Made by a program: the position numbers and the translations under genes
DNA from: Isurus oxyrinchus
Lineage: Eukaryota
Length of the DNA stretch: 64,000 bases
Assembly: GCA_026770705.1 (NCBI GenBank)
Contig: JANJGN010000026.1
Location: forward strand, 33,418,001-33,482,000
Reading direction: 5' to 3'
The notes under the pieces: generated by a model
Seen by the model: the letters and a program-made list of their open reading frames with translations, nothing else
Told to the model about the DNA's origin: nothing
Databases searched by the model: none
Part shown: positions 13,310 through 27,090 of the stretch, piece after piece
Layout: each line of letters begins with the position of its first letter
Position numbering within the stretch: position 1 is the stretch's first letter

Positions 13310-13790
13310 ATGGAAAAGATAGCTCTCAGGAGGACGCTAAGATTCTGAAAAGGAATACAAACTGGTTACATGTGTGGAAGCACCATAAAGACGGACTAAG
13401 CATGAAATCCTGCACTTGGTGACGGTGTTGGATGGATGGGGGGGTGGTGGTGGTGGGGGCGGGGGGGTGGTGGGTGGGGACAGGATATTACTTATGGATC
13501 ACGGAAAGTTAAAATTCTGGCACAGTCTGCAGTTAGGAAATCAAATGGTATGTTAGCCGATTTAGAAACGGATTAGAGTAAAAGAGTTTAGAAGCCTTAC
13601 AGCAATTGTATAATTAATTGTATATATCCCAGTGAGATTTCCTAGGGTACTGTACACAGTTTTGGTTTTCAAACCTAAGGAAGGATGTATTTGCCTTAGA
13701 GAGGATAAAACAAAGGTTGACCACATTAATTCCTGGGATGAGGTGCTTGTCCCACGAGAAGAGGTTAAGTCGGCTTTGCACACGTTCCAC
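13310..13790 (+). mobile_element. CR1 LINE RT fragment
   Basis: Decayed YCTQFW..LRKDVFALERIKQRLTTLIPGMRCLSHEKRL. Confidence 0.7.
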
Positions 13791-13809
13791 TGAAGTTTTT
13801 TTAATTCTT

Positions 13810-14945
13810 TTTTTAAGGGATGTGGGCTCCTCTGCCTGGGCCAGCATTTTTTGCCCATCCCTAATTGCCCTTGAGAAGGGGTTGGTGAGCTGCCTTCTTG
13901 AATCGCTGCAGTTCCGGTGCTGCAGGTACACCCAAAGTCCAATTACAGATGGGATTCCAGGATTTTGACACAGCGACAGTGAAAGAGCAGTGATATTTTC
14001 CCAAGTCAGGATGCTGGGTGGCTTGGAGGGCTGATTCCTGATGTTGGTAATCCCTTGTGTCTGCTAGTCGTGGTCCTGAGTTTGGAAGGCGCTGTCTAAG
14101 GAGCCTTGGTGAATTCCTGCCGTGCAGTTTGTAGATGGTACACACTGCTGCTATGTGCGTCAGTGGTGAAGGGAGTGAATGTTTGTGGATGGGGTGCCAA
14201 ATAAGTGGGGTGTTTGATCATGGGCTGTGTCAAGCTCCTTGAGTGTTGCGCTCATCCAGACAAGTGGACATTATTCCACCACACCCGTGACTTGTGCCTT
14301 CTGGATAGTGAACAGGATTTAGTGAGTCAGGAGGAGAGTGACTCGAAGCACGATTCCTAGCTTCTGGCCTGGTCTTGTAGGCATACTTTCATGTGCATAG
14401 TCCAGTTCAGTTTCTGGTCAATGATAACACCCAGGATGTTGATATTGGGGGGATTCAGAGATGGCAATGCCATTGCACGTCAAGGGGCGATGGTCAAATT
14501 CTCTCTTGTTGGAGATGGTCATTGCCTGGTACCTGTATGGCGTGAATATTACTTGCCACTTATCAGCCCAAGTCTGGACATTGGCTAGGTCTTGCTGCAT
14601 TTGGACATGGACTGCTTCAGTACCTGAGGAGTCGTGAATGGTGCTGAACATTGTGCAATCATCTGTGGACCTCGTCACTTCTAACCTTCTGATCTAAGGA
14701 AGGTCAGCAGCTGAAGATGGTGGGGCTAAGGGCACTACCCTGAGGAACTCCTGCAGTGATGTCCTAGAACTGAGATGATTGACTTTTAACAGCCACAACG
14801 ATCTTCTTTTGTGCTGTGTATGACTATAACCAGCGGAGATCTTTCCCCCAAATGCACATTGACTCCACTTTTGCCAGGGCTCCTTGACGCCACAGTCAGT
14901 CAAATGCTGCCTTGATGTCAAGGGCAGTCATTTTCAACTCCCCTC
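13810..14945 (-). mobile_element. CR1/L2-clade LINE 3' fragment
   Basis: LDIKAAFD-like motif and DDCTMF...MQQDLANVQTWADKWQV RT motifs. The same 3' tail recurs at 19070-19430 and 63480-63710. Confidence 0.8.
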
Positions 14946-15954
14946 TGATAATAACGAGAGAGGATCTCATATATAATTCTTAAGGGGCTGCAAGGATTTC
15001 GGCTTCACCGTGGAATCTAGTACCAAGGCTCACAGTCTCAGCATACGGGGTCGACAATTTGGTACTGATGGTTCTGTACCCATTGAGCTGTGGGGCTTCT
15101 GGTGACAAAAAAGAATGAATGAATATGGGGATATTCCTGTAACATGGAATTGAGATAGAATATGAACCATGAATTCACTGCTTTGTGGTGAAGACTCGAA
15201 TGGTCGATTGCCTAATACATTCCTAGATCGTATATTTTTATGTTGAACCATCTCCTTATTTTTACATAAATAGAGAAACGTGGTCTAGTGCATTCATTCG
15301 TGTTCCAGTGTCTAGTGTAATATAAACAAAAATATGACTTGGTACAGTGCAACTGAGATAAGTTCGAGTGGACTAAAGACAATGACATGTTCTTGTACAG
15401 TAATGACAGAGATAGGTCCTTGTGCACTATGAGCAGAATCTCCGTTCAGCTGCCACTACGTGTCTACAGATTTCCAAAGCGCCACTACAACACTGCCTCT
15501 TTATTTCTATTGCACATTTTTATTTTCAGCACTGTTTGAAAGTTTGACATTGTAGTTAATGTAAAAATGGTGGGTGCAAGTTACTGATTCTCGTACTAGC
15601 AGGTCAGCAGACACTGATGACCACCTCATCACGTTCAGCAGGAGGTAAAATGGGTTTTATGTGCACTAATTGAAGATGAGCTTATTTGATTTATGCACAG
15701 AAACATCAACGGCAGAGGAAAGTGGCTTGGACCCCAGCAATCTTTCTTCGGTTATTTAAGGTCAAGAGAGGGATATTGACCAATATATAGTGTAGGACCA
15801 TGAGAACTTTAATTCCTCCCAGAACAGCCAAGGTTCATGATCTCCCCAAAAAGATAGCATCTTTTCAATAGCCCGATTAGAATTCTGATATTTATGCTCA
15901 GGTTCTGAAGTTGAGGTGGAATCCACAATGTAATGACAATCAAATCAGAACAAT

Positions 15955-16200
15955 CAGAAAGGAATAATTGGCATTCTAGTTGTGCGAGGCTTCTTGAGGA
16001 TGAGTGACCAGAATATGACAGAATTCTTCATCAAGATGGAGAGTGACATAGTTGATTCTGAGACTAGGGCCCTGAAACTTAATAAAGGAAACTACGATGG
16101 TTTGACGCGCGAGTTGGCTATGATGGATTGGGAAACGATACTTAAAGAGATGACGGTGGATAGGCAATGGCAAACGTTCGAAGAGCACATGGGTTAACTG
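15955..16200 (+). mobile_element. CR1 fragment (APE/linker)
   Basis: SDQNMTEFFIKMESD...LNKGNYDGL, homologous to 54000-54088. Confidence 0.8.
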
Positions 16201-17067
16201 AAACAATGTCACTTTAGCTGAAAGGCTTGAGGTAATATCTTATATTTACATATATACCATTGCATTCGCTAATGTAGTTCCTGTTAAGCTTCCCGATGCT
16301 AATATCACATAAAGCAGCCTGAAGAATACAATTACTAAACTTAATTCATCCAATTCCAATTTATGGGCTCATCAAACCTAAAGGAAAGACGGGGCACACT
16401 CACCCCATCAAAACTGTGCCCGCTTTCTGGAAAAAAAGTGCCTATAATTAGTTGTACTCTCTTTCTCTTTTTCCAAACTCCTGCACGTCTTCCACTTCCA
16501 AGCATCCGTACAATTTCCTTTTGAAGGTTACAACTAAATATGGTCCCATCTCCCTAAAGGAAATAAAGCCCAGCTCACAGCAATTCGCTGCATAAAAAAA
16601 TCTACCTTTTCCCCTTTATTCCTCTACGAATTGTCTGAACATTGGCTAGTGATCCTTCTGCCAGTGGAATTAGCATCTCACTAACAATTCTGTAAAACAA
16701 ACCTTCAGAAATTTAGAAACCTCTATTATAATCCCCCTGTAAGATTCTTGTCCTTTTTCTCTAATTTCTTCAGATACCCGAGGTGTCTCATCTCTGGTTC
16801 AGTTTGAATAAATATCTTCTGGGCCTGCTCCAAAACTATTGCATACTCCTGAAAGTGTGGTTTCAAATAAATTCAATACCTTTTTTTCCCTTCAGATAAA
16901 TTCTAGCGATATATGTTCGCTTACAACTAGTCTAAGCAATAATTTGCGTAATTCCAATCTCTGTACTAAGACTATTACTTTCGCCGACAGCGCACAGAAT
17001 CACCTGTATGCTCAACAAAATTGGTTTGTTTAGAATCACCTGTATGCTCAACAAAATTGGTTTGTCT

Positions 17068-17205
17068 AGTTCTTTCGAAGGGTCATGAGGACTCGAAACG
17101 TCAACTCTTTTCTTCTCCGCCGATGCTGCCAGACCTGCTGAGTTTTTCGAGGTAATTCTGTTTTTGTTTCGGATTTCCAGCATCCGCAGTTTTTTTGTTT
17201 TTATA
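17068..17205 (+). mobile_element. Penelope-like 3' tip with adjacent ~34-bp tandem duplication (16996-17065)
   Basis: Matches 59205-59340. It is preceded by two copies of AGAATCACCTGTATGCTCAACAAAATTGGTTTGT. Confidence 0.85.
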
Positions 17206-18132
17206 TTATTGGTTTGTTTTCAATGTCCGTTAGATCACTGCCGCCACCTGCTGACCAACATCCTCTACTACAGGCCCTGGAGTTTATCTAAAATGATTCA
17301 GAATTCTACACGTAACATGTCCATTTGCTAGTGAATTTCACTCAGTGAAGTTTTTCAGCGCAAACCACGAGAGACAAGAGATGAAAAGGATTTAAGACGG
17401 AAGTGCCAATATTACTGTTATGAATTTCGAGAAGTTTTCCGTGAGAAGGTGTGCAGTTACTGAGGAAGAGACTGGCAGTGAAGAAAGGAACAAAACCATT
17501 TCTGCCGGTGGAGTGGGTTGAACAGCTGCTGCTCAGTTTCTTCTGGCGGAGGCTCACTTGCGCCCATTTTATAGCGCATTCCAAATGTCTGCAACGAGCA
17601 CAGGGCGTATCGAAATTTTAAAGATATTTTCAGAGCACAGTTGCAACACGGAGATGTTTGCGCCATCTTTTTACTTATATTTTCATTACGCTAGACAGAC
17701 GTTCATGTGATAGAATCAGAGGCATGGCGTAATAAAATATAAACAGGGCAAGGGCCCAATATAATAAAAGTCCAGAGACAGCGTCTGATGTAATATAAAC
17801 AAAGATATGCATTTATGCAGCAACATCTGACACATGGCCAAATGTAATATAAATTATTATATTATAATATAATGCATCGTATTATGAAATACTATAATAT
17901 AATAACATTACATAATCAAATGTAGCTACGTAGGACAATCCGTTGTGACACTATTCTATGCATGGGTAAGGCATTCAAAGTTTGTGGGCTTGAATCCCAC
18001 CAGGGTCAAATTTTGAAGGGGCGAATAGAGACAAACTCAGCTCTGATTCTTCAGCAGTGATAACTGCGACGGGGTTCTTGTGTAATGTCACGTGAAATAG
18101 ATGCAATGCTGGAATAAACTAGACAGGCTCTT

Positions 18133-18670
18133 CTGTTGAGGCTACAGCAGGAGTACTGTGTGCAGTTCTGGTCGCCACATTATAGGAAGGATGTGATTGC
18201 ACTGGAGGGGGTGCAGAGGAGATTCACCAGAATGTTGCCTGGGATGAAACATTTAAGTTATGAAGAGAGGTTGGATAGATTTGGGTTGTTTTCGTCGGAG
18301 CAGAGAAGATTGATGAGCGATCTCATCGAGGTGTACAAGATTATGAAGGTTAGCACCCCTTACTTGAAGAGTCAGTCATAAGGGGGCATAAGTTCAAGGT
18401 GAGGGGCAGGAGGTTTAAGGGGGATGTGAGGAAAGCTTTTTTTTTGCCCAGAGGGTGGTGATGGTCTGGAATGCATTGCCTGGGAGGGCGGTGGAAGCGG
18501 GTTGACTCACATCCTGAAAAAGTACCTGGATGAGCACTTGGCACGTCATAACATTTAAGGCTATGGGCCAACTGCTGGTAAATGGGAGCAGTTAGATAAG
18601 TCAGGTGTTTCTCACATGTCGGTGCAGACTCGATGGGCCAAAGGGCCTCTTCTGCACTGTGACTCTGTGA
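18133..18670 (+). mobile_element. CR1 LINE 3' end
   Basis: EYCVQFWSPHYRKDVIALEGVQRRFTRMLPG...YEERL. Confidence 0.9.
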
Positions 18671-20284
18671 ATATAAACAGATGTTTCATCAGTCCAGCAA
18701 TAACAGAAACAGTGTCTCATATTGTATAAATGGAGAAAGAGCTTCGTGTTACATACACAGTGATAGAGAGCATATATATGGTTCTGAGCTAAGATGTCCA
18801 TTTGCTTGAGGAATCGAATGACCGCAACTATCAATAATCTATGAAAATTCAGTCACCTGAGCTTACATTGATTAGACGCACAGTCACCTCCATTTGACCT
18901 TGCATGGCATGACCTATAGTCAATTCCCCACCAACAACATCCTGAACACCCGTGGCTACAGCAGCCCAACAGAGTTTGAACATTATGCGGATTCCCAATC
19001 GTAGCTGTTGCATGTGAAGCCCATAAGATACACTGCAGCAGCGCACAAAGCCTCTATTTTATTAATTTATGGGATGTGGGCTTCGCTGGCAGGGGCAGCA
19101 TTTATTGCCCACCACAAGTTGCCCTTTGGAACGTGGTGGTGAGCTTCCTTCTTCAACCACTGCAGTCTATGAGGTGTAGGTACACCCGCAGTGCTGTTAG
19201 GGTGTGCCAGGCTTTTGGCCCAGCAATAGTGGAGGAACAGCGATATATTTCCAAGTCAGGATGGTGAGTGACTTGGAGGAGAACTTCCAAGTAGTGATGT
19301 TCCTATCTCTCTGCTTCCCTTGTCCTTATAGGCTTTAGTGGTCGTGGGTTTGGAATATGCTGTCGATGGAGCCTTGGTGAGTTCCTGCAGTGCACCTTTA
19401 GATGGTGCACACTGCTGCTTCTGTGCATCGGTAGTAAGTACCGCCCAAACCCATGATGTCAATCACTTAGAAGGGCAACTGAACATGGTAGAACCATCAC
19501 ATCCACTTTCCCCTCCAAGTCAAACATCATTCCAACTTATTTATATCGCCGGTCTTTCATCGACCCTGGGTCTTAATTTTGTAAATCCTAGCTAACAGCA
19601 TTGTGCAGACAACTTGCGCAGAGGGGCTGATGTGGTTCATGAAGGTTGCTCACCAGTGGGAAGTAGAAAACTGCATTAAATACCAGCCTTGATACTGATG
19701 TTCACATCATGAGTATAGAGGCGAAATAATACGAGGAACAGCGGATCCAGAATCACAAATACCTGGCGTTATCTTTCTTGCTTTTGTTAGTTCTTTCTTT
19801 CATTTTTACTGTATATTTGAATTCTTTCCTTTTTCTTCTTTCTCTATTTCAGATTTTCTCTCCTCTCCTCCCTCTTCCACTTTGATTCATTAATTCTCTT
19901 TCTGCTTTTGGAATATGATGAGTTACCTTGCATCACAAGAGTATTACTTTTTTGAGCATGACGATAAGGCAGTGATGGAACGGCGAATTTTTAAACACAA
20001 ACCCCGCCCAGCACGGTGTTCTACGCAACCCGGGTCTCTCCTCCTCCTCTATGAATGACATTGTGAGCGATGCCGTCAAATGCGGCAGGAGGACGAGACA
20101 GTTCTCCTGTTCAAACCCAGATAATTGATTCGTTACATTTTGATAACAGCAGAATTGCACGAGACGCTTCCTCCTCTCTAGCTCTACATATATGCAAACC
20201 CGTTTTTCCACGGTACTCTAACAGATTACAACAACAAATAGAACTGCTCTTCCAAGGGGCTGTTATTGCATCATAATAGATCCC

Positions 20285-20773
20285 ATGTCGTACCGCTGTC
20301 CCGTTATATTCTGATTGGTGTTCGGCAAGTATGGCCAGGCCTGGTATCTGTTTACACTTTTGTGGTGCCATGAGGCGTTCTAACACAGTTAGAGTTATAG
20401 TTGCCCCTCAGTTCTGTTTTATTTCAAGGGAGATCCGGGCAGATTCGGTATAACAAGCTCAGATAACACTCTACGTGGCTGAATGAGATGGTGTGATAAA
20501 AGATTGTAGGTAATAGACACAACAAACCTCCGTGACCCCGATCTGTAGTGGCACTGACAGCGCACAAAGGCTCCCCGTTTTATTTTTCATCGGGATAACA
20601 ACAGGAAAATTGACATGGATTTTGCCAAGAGAAGATTCGAGGCCAAGCAGACTAATGCAGAAAAAAAAGTTTCCTTTAGCGATCACTGGAGAGGAAATCT
20701 AGGACACCGCCGCATCTTTCTGTGTGCTGAGGATCACAATTGTTTCAAACTCATCTGTCGCTGTACAAAAACC
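20285..20773 (+). pseudogene. Inverted TCR alpha/delta V pseudogene (paralogue of the 8.8-9.3 kb V)
   Basis: Decayed leader MSYRCPVIF*LVF. V reads EIRADSV*QAQITLYVAE*DGVIKDC...FAKRRFEAKQTNAE/FPLAITGEEI*DTAASFCVLR. RSS CACAATT-23-ACAAAAACC (20735-20773); its spacer differs at 1 of 23 positions from that of the 8.8 kb V. Confidence 0.87.
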
Positions 20774-21719
20774 TCAGCGATATAGAACTGCCATACGCTT
20801 TCTCCCCAGGTCAAACGAACATGACCTACTCTGTTAGTGCCATCCACTGCTCAGTCGGTCTGACTCCTGCATCTAAATTATAAGCTTATAAATTCAATTC
20901 TCACTCCAGAGAGTTCAGTCCACAATCCAGGCTGATTCTTGGGTGCCAGAGGAGACGTTGAACCGAGGGTCCGGCGACTCTCTTAGATAAAAAGATTCCA
21001 GGCCTCCATTTGGTAGAATGATAGAGCATTTCTCTCAAGTTTCCTGGACCCATTCTAATGTCTAAACCGACATCACTAAAAGAGCTTACCATGTGGCCTT
21101 TTTGTGGGAGCTTGTTGTGTATATATTAGATACCGCACTTCCTACATTTCAACAGCGGCTGCCCTGCGAATTGCTGCATTAACGTTTTAAGGTGTGTAGG
21201 GAAGGCTGGATTTGCTCACTGCCATTGTTCGTATGTGTAACATATTAAATATTGCAATTCCTGGAACTGTCTCAACTTCTAGAATCACTTCGATGATGTT
21301 AGTTACTTGACTGGATATCACACCTGCACAATGGTGCGCTGTGCCTTCAAAGGAGCTGAGAGGATTTGCAACAATCTGCAAAAAATATTTGAGCAGAGAC
21401 CCGAAACAACTCTTTATATCTGAGCGATCAATGTCAGGGTGAACACAGAGCAGCTTACCGCTGATTTCAACGAGCTTCATTAACTTTCATCTGGCTTTCT
21501 CCTCCATGTTTTGTTTACACACATCCTCCAAATCAAGATTTTGGATAACTCAGTGTTATTTGGGAAATTCAGATGGGAAACTCAGGATGGCAGCTATTTT
21601 CAGTAAAATGTTAAAAATATAATCCACTATATTAGTCGAAATTCTATTCTCTTGCTCTTTCTGAAGCAACGGTTTACTTCCAATGCTTGTTAAAGTCAAA
21701 GGTTAACTTCAGTTACCTG

Positions 21720-22795
21720 GATGGCTGGCGGACAGCAGAGAGCGTGGATAAATGGCTCTTCTTCGGTTTGGCAGAATGTAATGAGAGGAGTCTGTATGGG
21801 GCCTCATTTTTTTAACGATTTACATCAAGGATTTGGATGAGGTGAGTGAAGTCATGCTAGCTAAATTTGCAGATGACACAGAGATAGGTAGGAAAGTATG
21901 CTGCGAAGAGGGCATGAGGAGGTTGCAGGTGGATATGGATAGGTTGAGTGAGTGGGCAGAGACCTGATAAATTGAGTGTAATGTGGGAAAATATGAAGGT
22001 GTTCACTTTGGCAGGGAGAAGAAAAAAGCAAAGTATTACTTAAATGGATAATGACTGCATAATTCTGAGGTGCAGATGGATCCACGTGTTCTAGCTCATG
22101 AGTCACAAAAAGTGATTTTGCAGACACTGGAAATAAGTAAGAAGGCTAATGGAATGCTATGCTTTATTACGAGAGGGATTGAATATAAAAGTACGAATGA
22201 TATGCTTCAGTTATACAGGACATTGTTGAGACGGCACCTCGAATACTGTGTGCTGTTCTGTTCTACTTTTTTAGGGAAGGTTGTAAATGCATTACAGGTG
22301 GTTGAAAGGAGATTTACTAGATTGATGTCTGGAATGAGTGGGTTGTCTTATGAGGAAAGGTTGGACAGACTGGGTTTGTTTCCACTGGAGTTTACAAGAG
22401 TGAGGGGTGATTTCGTTGATGTATACAAAATCCTGAACGGCCTTGACAAGGTGCACGTCAAAAGAATGTTCCCTCTTGTGGGTGAGCCCAGAACTAGGGG
22501 GCACTGTTTTAAAATAAGTGTTCACCCTTTGACAACAGAGATGAGGAGAATTTTCTTCTCTCAGAGGGTTGTGCGTCCTTGGAACTCTGCCTCAGAAGGC
22601 AGTGGAGGCGGGGTCATTGAATAGTTTTAAGCAGAGGTAGACAGATTCTTGTTAGGCAAGGGAATCACAGTTATCTGGGTTAGATAGGAATGTGGAAATC
22701 AAAACACAAGAAGATCAGCCACGATCTTATTGAATGGCGGAGCAGGCTCGTGGGGCCGAATGGTCCACTCCTGTTCCCAGTACTATGTTCTTATG
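21720..22795 (+). mobile_element. CR1 LINE 3' fragment
   Basis: KFADDT, HLEYCV.F, VERRFTRL..GMSGLSYEERLDRLGLF, FFSQRVV. Confidence 0.9.
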
Positions 22796-23305
22796 TAATC
22801 AGTTCTTATACCTTTGAAAGCCTTTTTTGTGCTCGCTGTGTGAGGGTCGGAGAAGATGTGTTGTTAAGCGCCAACAATGATTTCAACCAGTTCACTTGGA
22901 TATCTCTTAACATATTTCGGGAACATTAAAGCATCAAAAAAAGTTTTTTAAAAATACACAGACTAATCTGACACCAAAAAGCACGAAATAATGGGGCACA
23001 TGACAATGATTGGAAGAGACGGTCTTTGCTTCGGGATCGGGTAACAAGCTCAGTGTCTGCCATCGTCGGCTGCTCTTGAGGAAGACCCAAAGACACGGTT
23101 GTGGGGAGGGGGAACCACATAATTTTCAGCAGTTAGCCCAGAGGAACAAATGGAAGAGAGAAACAGTGAGTCAATCTGTTTGTTCACTGACCTGTAACTA
23201 AGGTGCAGATTGTAATTTAATTGTCCCTCTGGAGACTGTCATTTAGAATAAATGAGGGATGCTTTGATACACATCTTCGGTAATTCCTTGAGTTTCTGAG
23301 AGACG

Positions 23306-25756
23306 ATGCACGGGCCAGCGAAAGGCCTCTTCTTCGCTATTTGCTATCCCATTCTCGCTGTTATTGGTGTGCCTGGTAAGTGATGAATCCCGAATAAATG
23401 TTTGTGTTGATGTAAATCTCCAGATGTTTAGTCTCTTCTCTTCAGAGTCCGCATTTAAGGAAGTTCAATCGAATTATATCGGTGCTCTGTATGATATTAT
23501 ACTGTGTTATGTTGGATTATAGCTCTACTTGCGCTTGCATTATGGGGCATTGCAAAATATTATTCAATTTATTATGCTGCATATTTAGAGAAATGCTTTT
23601 TATTAGAATGCTGAGATATGAATTGTAATGTTTGCCTTTGCATAGACATTAACCTGTTATATTGTTGAACATCGTGTTTTATTCTAATCCAGTCAAATGC
23701 AATCTAGCATTTTGAGTATTGAGCGAGATCATTGCATATCATCATGTACTGACCTGCATTTTCGTGCGCTGGTCCTATCAATATATCAGAAAATTAATTG
23801 TTACAGTGCAATTATTCAATTAAATGAATTGTAATATAAAATACTTTCAGTGATAATACACATATACAATGCAACCTCTAGAAGTATGTAAAATTTACAG
23901 TATGATTTCCCACTGGGCAGTCCTAATTGTTAATCTGGCTTTGGGAATTAATTATGGAATCGTTTGAAAAAGGGGAGTGAGGTCTCAAGATTTTTAATGT
24001 GCTTTGCTTTGTGCTGGTAGGTCTTATAAATTTTGGATAGTTATATTTTTAATCAGCAGCGGGATGTGGGTGTCCGTGACAAGATCAACATTTATTGCTC
24101 TTCACTAGTTTCCACTTCAGAAAGTGGGGTTGCATTTGTTTCTTCAGCCGATCCTGTATGTATGGCACGGATGCTTCACAGGAACTTCACCTGATTAATT
24201 TCATACTGAACGGCGCAAGGGGATATTTGACCAAAGGGTACTCACAGAGTTTACTTCTAAGGAACGTTCTAAAGAGGAAAGAAGAGCTGGAGCCGTAGAG
24301 GGAGGGGTTTTCAGAGATCAGAGCGTCGGCAGCTAAACGCTGAACCTCTACAAATGAAAAGATTAATGCCAGGGGCACGAAACTGCAGAATTGGAAGCAT
24401 ATGATGGATCTCAGACAGTTGCAGTGTGTTACAGGAATTGAAGAAGGCGAGATAACAGAAGAAGTTAAAAATAGACGGACGAGGTTATTAAAACAGAGAC
24501 GTTGCCATTCAGGGGGGCATTGGGCTGATGGATGGGCAGAACTTTTGCCATTTTATGCCAATAAGGGCAGCGGTAGCAAATGTTTCAGATAGTCTTAAAT
24601 TGGATAGTTAGGCCTGAAGATTGCCTCAGTGTACAGAAAGTGAAGTTTGGAGTGAGAATGAGTGGATTGCCTCATGTTTTGACTAATAGTTAATCCAGCA
24701 TTGGATGTCGGACAATTACCAAAGACTTGACAGTAGTCGCAGCCTGGAGGTGGCAAAATGACGGGTAAGGAGGGTTTAATTAACAGATTCGATGAGGCAG
24801 TATCTCATGTTTGGAATCCGCTTGGTAACATCTCTACCCCTTTATCCCTCACAGCCAACTTGCTAGCGATCGTAATTCTATCTCGAGGGTGCTGCGGGCT
24901 CTCCCGCTGCACCACCTACTACCTGGTGGCAATCGCGGTGAGCGATTTCCTGGTCATCATCACTGCCGGCATCCTCAACCGGATCGGCCGCATCTACTTT
25001 CAGGACAGTGTCCTCTCCACCACTCCCGCATGCGCACTCAGCAATGTGCTGGTCTTTACCATCCGGGATGTGTCAGTCTGGCTAACGGTCGCCTTCACCA
25101 TTGACCGTTTTGTGGCCATCTGCTGTCAGAGCCTGAAGAGCAGATATTGCACTGAGAAAACTGCGTTGCTGGTTATAGGACTGGTCAGCGCCCTGAGCTG
25201 CGTGAGGAATGCCCCTTTCTACTTCAGCTACCAGCCTTTGTACATCCTGGACGGAGTGTCCTGGTTCTGTGCCATTAAGCCTGCCTTTTATATTCTTACC
25301 GCCTGGCATGCCTTTGATTGGCTGGACCACATCTTAACCCCCTTTCTCCCATTCCTCCTCATTCTGCTTCTCAATGCCCTGACCGTAAGGCACATTCTAA
25401 TGGCCAGCAGAGCCCGCAGGAGGCTCCGGGGCACCGAGAGTCACGGAGACCAGGAAATCATCAATCGCAAGCGGTCCATTGTCCTGCTTTTTGCCATCTC
25501 GCTCAGCTTCCTCCTCCTGTGGGCCATCTTTGTTGGACATTTCCTCTATGTACGGATTACAGGCGAGGGTTATCTCACCAGCCTGAATTTCAATGATCCA
25601 GATTACATCGTTCAGGAGACCACCAACATGTTCCAGTTGTTCAGTTCCTGCAACAATGTCTTCATCTATGCCGTGACCCAGAACAAGTTCCGAGAACAGC
25701 TAAAGGAAGTCATGATGTGTCCCTTCACCACGGTCACTGTTTGCTTTAAATGGTAA
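23306..25756 (+). CDS. GPR139-like class A GPCR, 2 exons (23306-23375, 24855-25756), 323 aa, intact
   Basis: Exon 1 MHGPAKGLFFAICYPILAVIGVP ends in phase-1 GTAAG; acceptor ACAG continues in frame ANLLAIVILSR. Seven hydrophobic segments, with YLVAIAVSD, SVWLTVAFTIDRFVAIC, PFLLILLLN and NNVFIY motifs. The P|AN intron position and motifs match GPR139/GPR142-type receptors. Confidence 0.88.
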
Positions 25757-27090
25757 AAACAGGTTAAAACACCTTTGCGTTAATTCACTTCCATCAGAGT
25801 AGTTCAGTGTGTCGCTCTGTCCAGCATAAAAAAGTCCTAGGCTCTGTCTCTCGGACTTGAGAGATGTAAGGCCCGTATTCCAATGGCGACAGTCCCCCTG
25901 TCTGAAGGGATTTTGAAATATCACAGTTGCTGCCTGCCTAGATGAGATACAAAGGCTGATACTTCCTTTCTCTTTCTTTCTTTCCTTCTTTCTTCCTTTC
26001 TCAGTCATACCGCTAAGTCTCTAACCCCTCGAAGTTTACACCGAATACAGAAAGGAAAGCATTTGAACAAATGGGAAACTCTTCCTTTCTCAGTGAATCG
26101 TGATCTGAAATTTGTTGCCTGAAAGGGCGCTGGGCGCACAGTGGATTAAAATTTTCAAATGTTCATTAATAAATACTGGAACAGGACGACATTTAGAAAA
26201 GAGCAAGGGAAACTAAGTAACTTGATGGATCTATCAGAAACCCGGAATACACATCGTGGCCTACTGACCTCCTGCAAAACTCTATTGTTACACAACACTA
26301 CAGTGGTATTTCACACTGGATGAAGACCCTTATAAGAAATGCTGCAGCTAATTGCTCAGCGTCAGATCCCCAATCTCATTCGGAACATTGAAGGCCACCT
26401 ATCTGCTCATCGGTTGGTGAGAGAGTTTGGGTGGGAGCAAAATAAAGCAAATGCTGGAAATCAGAAATAAAAACAGAAAAGGTTGGAAAACTCAGCAGGC
26501 CTGACAGTGTCTGTGGAAGAGTCATGAGGACATGAAACGTTAACTTTGTTCCTCTTTCCACAGATGCTGCCAGGCATATTGAGTTTTTCCAGTATTTTCC
26601 ATTTTTATTTCAGAGTGTAGATGGATGCGGGAGGATCAAAACACAGCAAAACAATGACATACCCTCTTATAATATTAACAGCGACAGTGGATGATCTAAT
26701 GAAATGAAAAAAAACAGGTGTCTGCTGTCACATGAACAGAGTCGAAATATGTCATGATGTAATCACAAGATATGAACTAATCTCCTGAAGAGAACCGATT
26801 TAATTTAATAGAGACATGTTCTCATAAATTCATACCAGAGAAAGGAACTAATCTAATGTAAACGTGTATCTGTTTTACTTCATCAATAACTGAGCCAGAA
26901 ATTCACGTTATATAAAAAGAGAAACTCTGAAGTGTAATCAAAGTTTAAACAGGGTCGCCTGTTATTTAAGCAATGGCATGTCCTTGCACAATGTTAAATG
27001 AGACCTGGTGTGTGTAAGATAACCAGTGACTTGCATTTGCAAACGGAATGATGTGTTTTGTACACACATGCGCTTTAGATAGTGTATATG

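Noticed and set aside
24758-24854. ATG at 24758 as GPCR start
   Set aside because: Intronic. The true TM1 start is in exon 23306-23375, confirmed by the paralogue's equal-length exon 1.
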